DNA from: Eledone cirrhosa
Lineage: Eukaryota
Direction of reading: 5' to 3'
Assembly: GCA_964016885.1 (NCBI GenBank)
Contig: OZ024763.1
Coordinates: 3,782,001-3,846,000 of the forward strand
Length of the DNA: 64,000 nucleotides
Positions 55,372 through 64,000 of the stretch are shown here, in pieces. The first letter of the stretch is position 1; each line of letters begins with the position of its first letter. The notes under the pieces were generated by a model. That model did not search any database. It was given only the letters and a program-made list of their open reading frames with translations, and was not told where the DNA came from. Both the position numbers and the translations under genes were made by a program.

Positions 55372-55474
55372 CGTAAGATAATGACACACTTGGCCACAAA
55401 TGTGTAGGCTAGAAGGGTTCCTATAGACATCATATTCACCAGTTCAGTGAGATCAAACATGAGAGCTGTCAAAC
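55372..55474 (-). CDS. SLC7 fragment, exon B (unit 2)
   Basis: 103 bp, ending CVIILR; unit 1 has an in-frame 3-bp deletion here. Confidence 0.85.
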
Positions 55475-56367
55475 CTACATTGATGGTGTTTTGGGTGAGG
55501 TAGAACAAAGAGAGAAAGTTTGATATTAAGTTGGGTCACAAGGTTACAGAGAAGGGGGCTGTATTAAAGTTGAGGTCACAAGGTTACAGAGAAGGGGGCT
55601 GTATTAACGTTGGGATCACAAGGTTACAGAGAAGGGGGGACTGTATTAAAGTTGGGATCACAAGGTTACAGAGAAGGGGGGACTGTATTAAAGTTGGGGT
55701 TGCAGGTTACAGAGAAGGGGGGGGACTGTATTAAAGTTGGGGTTGCAGGTTACAGAGAAGGGGGGGGACTGTATTAAAGTTGGGATCACAATGTTACAGA
55801 GAAGGGGGGGGGGGCTGTATTAGAGTTGGGATCACAATGTTACAGAGAAGGGGGGGGGGGGGGGGCTGTATTAGAGTTGGGATCACAATGTTACAGAGAA
55901 GGGGGGGGGGCTGTATTAGAGTTGGGATCACAATGTTACAGAGAAGGGGGGGGGGGGCTGTATTAAAGTTAGAATCAGAGAGTATGGGGCGATATATCTA
56001 TGCAGTGTAAATGTACGTGAAAGACCCAGCATAAATGTGTTGAGTGAGAAACTGTGTCTGAGAGGGATAGAATGTAGTGTATGGGAGAGGGCACTGAGGT
56101 GGTATGGACATGTGATGCGCTTGGAGGATGACTGATGGGTGAAGAAGTGCCAGGAAATGCCAGTTGAAGGAAGACGTGGTAGAGGTAGACCATGAAAAAC
56201 ATGGGCGGAGGTGGTGAGAACAGACCTCAGATCATTGAAACTCACGGTGGAGATGACGAAGGACCGTGACGAGTGGAGAGATGCTCTTCTGAATAAGACC
56301 CGTCCCACCCTTGCAGGCAGGGAAAAGCGGACATAAAATGATGATGATGATGATGATGATATATATA

Positions 56368-56705
56368 TCATCATCATTTCATTTTACGTCCGCTTTTTCC
56401 CTGCTTGCAAGGGTGGGACGGGAACTGATTCTGGCTTGATTTCTACAGCTGGATGCCCTTCCTAACACCAACCTCATTTACAGTGAGTGCTGGGTGCTTT
56501 TTTGCCGTGGCACCTCCACAACCACTTTGCAGTGGAATGATATGGACCCCAGTCCCTATCATCTCATTTCTACAGCTGAGTAAACTGGAGCAATGTGAAA
56601 TAAAGTGTTTTGCTCAAGGAAACAACACATCACCCGGTCTGAGAATTGAACTCACAACCTTTCGATTGCAAGGTCAATGCTCTAACCACTAAGCCATGTG
56701 CCTCC
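56368..56705 (-). mobile_element. SINE family A, full length, inserted only in unit 2
   Basis: The equivalent unit-1 site (~40886) is an empty (TA)n. Confidence 0.88.
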
Positions 56706-56738
<33 letters not shown>

Positions 56739-56957
56739 AAGAGAGAGAGTATTAGTTTAACTTAGAGCCACAAGATCACAGAGAAAGGTTATAGTGGTGT
56801 AAAGAGGCAAGCAGACAGGCAGCCAACCACACAGACAGACAGACAGATAGCTAATCAGATAGACTGATAGACAAACAGATGGACATCTAAGCAGACAAAC
56901 AAATAGTCGGACAGACAGACAGATATGGCCCTAAAGGAACAAAAGAAATGGAATGAC

Positions 56958-57097
56958 CTGAAAACAATCCAGCTACCAGTGTTGCTAAAAGAGGGGTCTT
57001 GAATCTTTCGGACACACTTGAGAGTTGACCAAAAATGATTCGGTCCTCTGCCATGGCATATACCACCCTGGGTAGTGGAAATATTGAACCAACCATG
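56958..57097 (-). CDS. SLC7 fragment, exon A (unit 2)
   Basis: 140 bp, open frame, same splice sites as unit 1. Confidence 0.85.
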
Positions 57098-59550
57098 CTG
57101 AAATATAGTGGGGTGGATATATAGAGTAATACAACGGTTGACATACTATATATCCCTTGTATAATGTATTAAATGAATCGATATATAGTATATATATATA
57201 TATATATATAGAGATATATTTATTTTTTTATGTGGTTTACCCCTGGTGGTAGGGTCCGTACCGTAGATAGAACTCAATGTAATCTGATGGCGAGTAATCC
57301 AGTGAAATCCATAGAAAGGTTCCGTGTTCCACCGAGTTAATTCCTTAGATACAGAGTCAGATATTAGGTATTAATTTAACAATGAAAATAAGGAGATGGT
57401 CTGATCGAACCTATATATGAAGTCTGATAGTATACAGTAATATAACTGCTATAGATCAGACAATATGTCAATATGATCAACCCTCTGAAATGATTGTAAA
57501 ACATTGATAAATAGGTAAAATAACCTGACTTGATTTTGGCTTGGTTTCTCCGACTGGACATCCTTCCTAACGCCAACCACTTTACAGTATGTACTGGGTG
57601 TTTTTTTGCTGCTCGCCTACACGACCACTTTACAGTATGTACTGGGTATTTTTTACTGCCCGCCTACACGACCACTTTACAGTATGTACTGGGTGTGTTT
57701 CACTGCTCGCCTACACGACCACTTTACAGTGTGTTCTGGGTGTGTTTTGTGCTCGTCTACACGACCACTTTACAGTGTGTACTGGGTGTTTTTTGTGCTC
57801 GTCTACACGACCACTTTACAGTGTAGACTGGACGCTCACTTTTGTCATGACACCTATATGACCACTACAGTGTGGGCTGGGCTCTTTTGGTGTGACTCCA
57901 GGGGGTGGGGGATCACTTTATAGAGGAGGTGGGAAACTTGGGAGGGGTAGAGAATATGCTTTGGGAAATTGGGGACGTAGGTACAAGAGGGGTTTATGAG
58001 AGGAGAGATGGTAGGGAATGGCGTTGCCAGCTAAGTATAGAGGGCGGGTCTTATGTAATACTTCACAACACCAGAGGTGAAGGTCCTGTGAGGTGTAATT
58101 ATGAAAGGTCAGCTCTTATTACCTCATCCCAAGTTTTCCTAGGCCTGCCTACTCCATGGCTACCACCAACTTTGAGTACTCTGCATCTTTTTATACAGTT
58201 GGCATCCTTTATACGCATCACATATCCTTACCAACACAATCTCCTCTCCTGCACACAACATCTGATCCCCCTTATGTCTAATTTATCGCGTATTTCATTA
58301 ATGTTTTGTCATTTGCGTATATTGCTATTACACATCCATCGAAGTATGGAGGCTTCATTTCTTTCCAATCTTCGCAGGTCCTATTTTTTCGCAATATTAG
58401 GACAACATGACCCTCCCCAAATATAACATTAAGTTTAGATTATTGGTAACTTGTGTGTGTCTACGTTTAATTAAGACATTGCCTTGTTTACTGCTATCGT
58501 CACACATTAAAATATGGCTGTGATTGTCTTTGCTTTCGTCTGTTTGTTTCAAATCATTTAATACTGTTTGTTTTTCTTCAAATATTGTTTACTTTTTATA
58601 AAACTAAATTTAGATTAACGGCGTTATTTGTTTTGAAGGTTTTTTTTAAAATATGAAATCGTGTGTTGAAAGAGATATTGTTATATTCGGGGAAGGTCGT
58701 GTTGTCCTCATATTGCCCCAAAATATAACAATAAGTTTATATTATTCGTAACTTGTCCGTGTGTCTACGTTTGATTAAGACACCGCTTTATTTACTGGTG
58801 TTGACACTTTTGTTGTAAACAGGTTAAATTTGATATATTAACGCATCAGACATTTTTCTTCAAAATTTGGTTTGTCTTATATTCCAAATATTACTGCTAG
58901 ATGTCTCTGTAAAGGTTCCATTTCAATCAATTTCTAATTTCAATTGTATACTGTTGAAGATGAAGTCATTTGTCCTTATAATCACCAGCTTGTCTCAAAT
59001 TAATTCATTTTGTTGCTTCGTTCATTCCACGTTCTATATTAATTTAGGATTTTGTTCTAATGTAATAACATTTTTATTTTCAAAGACTTACATTCTGTTT
59101 GATTCTTTCTCGTGTGTATTGTTATCTGTTATATAAAAAATGTATGTGAAGGGGAACAAAATAACACGACTTTCTTTAACCGCTGCACAAAGCTAACTGA
59201 CGGTGTTTAGTAAGACTGGTAAGTACTCGACAGTGGTAAACATCATTTATATACCGTGTAAATCGGAGAGATGAACCAAACCTGGATATATTACTCTTTT
59301 TTCCCCCCAACATTTTCCGAGGCCCTGTCCTTCATGATTCAGCAGTGAGACAGAGTGACAGGGTTTCAAGCGCTACCAACAATTGCAATAGGCTATATTT
59401 AACAAGAAACTGTTATGTCGTGGTTATTGCTATAATGTGTAGTGTGTGTTTCCATCTTTAGCTGGGATTGTAGAATTACTTTTATTTAATTGTTTAATTG
59501 TTAACAGAGATATGATGTATATAGCGTTGTTGTACGTTTAAATCATACAG

Positions 59551-59670
<120 letters not shown>

Positions 59671-61929
59671 GATTGTGGGATGACAGAATTGGGGAGAAAT
59701 ATTTGCTGAGCACATCACTGTAGCATCAATTCTACAACACACACGTATATATTTAGGGGCACGGCAGATCAGATTGTTGTGAAATCAAGGAAATCAACCC
59801 TTAAAAGATGACAAATTGAATCGAGTTATGTTTTATCAAAGCCCCAGATAATTAAAACCCAATGTTGACCCCTTTTGTAGTATGAATTAGACGGAGAATG
59901 CCATGAACATCACCACGTAATTTTTGCTTTGAAATAGAAAGTAGGTTTATAAATATTAATTGTCAGTATGTATTTGAAGTTGTCTCGGTAGCCTAGTGGT
60001 ATCAGGGACGGTGGAGATCCTGGTCTGGAGTTCAATCTCGGGTAAGATCTACACTGAACATTTTAATTTTTTGTCTCATAAGATAAAAAAAATATTAACA
60101 ATTAATAACATCCTCTAAATGTAGTTGTGGACCAAGCTTGAACCCCCGGCCAAGTTTCCCACCATCTCTTATATTTACCACTACGCCACCAAGGCGCTTT
60201 TAAAAACAGATTACATATTATTATATATAAACCTACTTTCTGTTTCGAAGCGAAATTTATGTGGTGGCCTTCATGGCTTTCCCGTCTCTGTTAGTCTCGC
60301 AACAAAGGGGTCGACCTTGTCTTTCATCCCACTGGAACTTTGATAAATTATAACTTGCTTTTGTTATTCATAGCTCTAGGGTTTATTTGAACCTACATTG
60401 ACTACCTGCAATAATCTCTACTAACTTCAAATCTGCCATACCTAAGTATTGTGTGGGAGAAAGATTTGAACTTGATGCGACGTTCTCGTAAATTGATAAA
60501 CCTGATTCCTATATAATATAATATACATATAATTATAATATGTATATAATTGTAATGAAAAATAACTTATTAAACAAATTTTAATTATATTTAAAAACGA
60601 TAACAAAAACAAATGAATGAAAGTAAGGAATTATTTTTATTTAGTAATTATATTTTTATTGTTTGTTTTCACTGCATTAACTGCTGAATGTGTCTTTTAT
60701 TTTTTCTTACCATTTACCATGGCTGCAACGAAACTGGATTATTATCAAGGATTATTAGATGATGGCATTTCTTTATTGTACTATTTTTCAAAACAATGGA
60801 CATCGAGACATTTGTCAAAATACCTAGGATAAACGTAACGTCTGTCTGTATGCAACATTTCATTTTTAAATTCTTGTGTTCTTATGGGTTAAATTTAAGC
60901 CGCCCAGAACAGCAATGCCAGAACCAATAATCAAGGCAGGGAGTCAGTATCGAAAGTAACCATATTCAGGAGGTACGAATAATCTAAAAATAATTCTTTT
61001 TAATAAGTTAAACAATGTTCTTTAAAAAAAAAAAAAAAACTATTAAAGTTTCATTATTGCTGAACAGACCTCCATAGCATCAAATCTACAACACTCACAC
61101 ACAAAAAGATTTGAATCAAACACTCTAATGTAAAGACAATCATAGCCACAATTTAATGTCTGACAACATTTCACGATATAAATAAAGCCACATAAGTAGA
61201 GTTTAATGATTCACAATTTATTTGCTCATATCTATTTTAATCATACATATGCTGCAGATATATATTTTCAATGATTTACGTTTACATTATGATTTTGTTG
61301 AAAGTTTCAGATGTATTTAGTGTCTTAGAGTTACGTCCCTTAATGTCTTCGCGGCGTGGAGTTACGTCTCTTTAAATTCTGAGTTCAAATCCCGCCGAGG
61401 TTAGCTTTGCTTTTCATCTTTAAGCTATCCATAAAATAAAGTACCAGTAACGCACTGGGGTCGTTTAATCGACTTCCCTTCCCCCCAAAATTGCTGGCCT
61501 TGTGTCTATTGTAGAAATCAATATTTCTTATAAGCAGCCAAATAGATTTCAACTTTCTTTGGGAATAATGTATTAACATTTACAAGTTTATTCAGAATTC
61601 GTAGTTATAGAAATGACATTATTTCGTGTAGAAAATCTATGATATTATCCCGATTAATATTATACGTTGTCAATATGAAATAGGAAGGCATGGTGAATAA
61701 ATGTCCGACTTTATATTTAGCCTACTACAAACACACATCGAAAGTATTCAGTAAATAAAAGGCACTATCGAACGGAACTGTATACAATTGTAAGCTGTAT
61801 CATAGCAAAATTATCTCTGTAAAATATCATTAAAAAATTATGAGGAAATAGTTTAATAGAGCGTAGACTAAACCATAGGCATGTCCAAGACAGTTGAAGT
61901 GTTGCGAGATTCACTTTGCTTTTTCCTTT

Positions 61930-63825
61930 GAAACTACATATTGTATGTTCAAATATTCGAAGTTGAAATCACCGTTAGTTCAATGAGATATGAACTTGTG
62001 TAGGTAACATGGAACCCATATGTAACCGGTCGACTTGCTCACAAGAACGACCAAATAAAACACATAAATGTGTGTGTGTGTTATGTATTTATATACTAGA
62101 TATCCACGTCAACAGGAAGACTGTAGATGGCCAATTGAAAGTTCGAATCAACTATAAACCGATGAGGAGTTTTGAAAAACTTTAAATAAAACACATAAAT
62201 GTGTGTGTGTGTGTTATATATATAACTATACTAGATATAGACGTCAACAGGAAGACTGTAGATGGCGAATTGTAAGTTCGAATCAACTATAAACGGATGA
62301 GGAGTTTTGAAAAACTTTAAATAAAACACATAAATGTGTGTATGTGTGTTATGTATATAAGATATGGGAAGCCCCCTACGTTGTCGGTCGACTTGCTCTA
62401 AATAGTAGCCAAAGACTGCTATTTCTAGCAGGTTTACTGCTGTCCTGTAGACGCACAAGAAAAACCGGAAGTGGCAGCCATTAAAAAACTTTAGCTTAAA
62501 ATCAGGCAAAAGTTTTTAAACAATAGAAAATTTAATGTAAACAAACCGGGGTGCTTTTGCCAATAAAGATAACTCTTGTCTTACTTAATGGCAAAAATCG
62601 AGACAAAAATTTTGTGTGTGTGTCTGTGTGTTATGTTTATAATTTTTAGACGCCATTTTGAAACCCGTACGTGGTCGGTCAACTTACTCGAAATAGTAGT
62701 CAAAGAGAGGAGATTTTTTTCACCCGATACAAAAAGTAGGTTTATAAATATTAATTTTCACTATATTTTTAAGGCGGTCTCGTTGGCCGAGTGGTACGGT
62801 GCGTTGAGTCTGCTTAGATACTGGTCGGGGTTTCGATCCCGGCCAACGTCTACACATAGGGGGTCTTATTAAACTTTTTCAGTTTTTATACTAAGAGATA
62901 AAATAAAAACTGAAAAAGTTTAATAAGACCGCCTATGTGTAGACGTTGGCCGGAATCGAACCCCCAACCAGTATCTCAGCAGACTCAACGCACCGTACCA
63001 CTCGGCCAACGAGACCGCCTTAAAAATATAGTGAAAATTAATATTTATAAACCTACTTTTTGTATCGGGTGAAAAAGAAATCTCCTCTCTTTGACTACTA
63101 TTTCGAGTAAGTCGACCGACCACGTAGGGGCTTCAAAATGGCGTCTATATCTTGTAAACATAACACACAGACACACACACAAAATTTTTGTCTCGATTTT
63201 TGCCATTAAGTAAGACAAGAGTTATCTTTCTTGGCAAAAACACCCTGGTTTGTTTACATTAAATTTTCTATTGTTTAAAAACTTTTGCCTGATTTTAAGC
63301 CAAAGTTTTTTAATGGCTGCTTCTTCCGGTTTTTCTTGTGCGTCTACAGGACAGCAGTAAACCTGCTAGAAATAGCAGTCATAGCAACTCACTCACATAT
63401 ATTTATTTATGAGGGATTCTCAACCGGGGGTTCACACCCCACGGGGAACAATTTGAATATAATAGGGGTCAATTTGAAAGTGATATTATACGACCTAACC
63501 TCCTGTTACACTTCGTCTACACATGCTATCGTGTAACTGGCAGCATCTACGAGAAGTTTGTTTACACTTTGCGGTTTGCTTTGATCATCGCTGAATCGCA
63601 GCTTTGTTTAAATAAAGGGTTTCTACTTTATATTACAGTAATAACACTTTTACAAGACTCGGATTGTTTTTATATTAAAGGGGGACATAAACATATTTTA
63701 AATGTTGAGGTGGGGCATGGTGCAGAGAAGGTTTTGAACCACTGATATATATATATTCTTTCTGTTGTTTTTTAAACTCTGAACTCAGCATTTTTCTATT
63801 GTTCGCCGGGATTCTAGCATGTATG

Positions 63826-63887
<62 letters not shown>

Positions 63888-64000
63888 GTCAACCTCACTT
63901 GGCACAGACTCGAAAAAGCCGCCGCTAATCGTAATCGTTGGGGTTATAATTAGACTAAAGTGCTTCCACTGGGCACCATTAGCTGGTTGTGATCATTGGA
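61930..64000. repeat. Large tandem duplication, start of unit 3 (runs off the window)
   Basis: Collinear with ~46540-48590. Confidence 0.92.
62414..63380. repeat. Near-perfect palindrome, copy 3 (arms 62414-62889 / 62903-63380)
   Basis: Same loop and convergent tRNA-like cassettes as copies 1 and 2. Confidence 0.97.

Overview
Eukaryotic, AT- and microsatellite-rich animal genomic DNA. The RTE LINEs with (ATG)n tails, tRNA-derived SINEs and (TA)n/(CA)n density suggest a cephalopod such as Octopus, but that is an inference. No complete protein-coding gene is visible. Bases 1-30 kb hold one probable Ly6/three-finger exon (886-1062, minus), several satellites (including a 6.3 kb 36-bp array with a 3,014-bp higher-order duplication), RTE fragments, SINEs and Penelope-like hairpins. 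From about 30 kb to the window end there is a tandem repeat with a period of about 15.1-15.4 kb (2 full units plus the start of a third). Each unit carries four parts: (i) a ~967-bp near-perfect palindrome with two convergent TATA/A-box/B-box/T5 Pol III-like tRNA-derived cassettes; (ii) a decayed, internally deleted Helitron RepHel; (iii) three splice-competent internal exons of an SLC7 cationic amino-acid transporter forming a phase-symmetric module; (iv) an older, diverged palindrome with the same convergent tRNA-like architecture. The palindromic convergent Pol III family and its arm-swapping between copies are the most unusual signals. All calls are by eye; no searches or folding programs were run.
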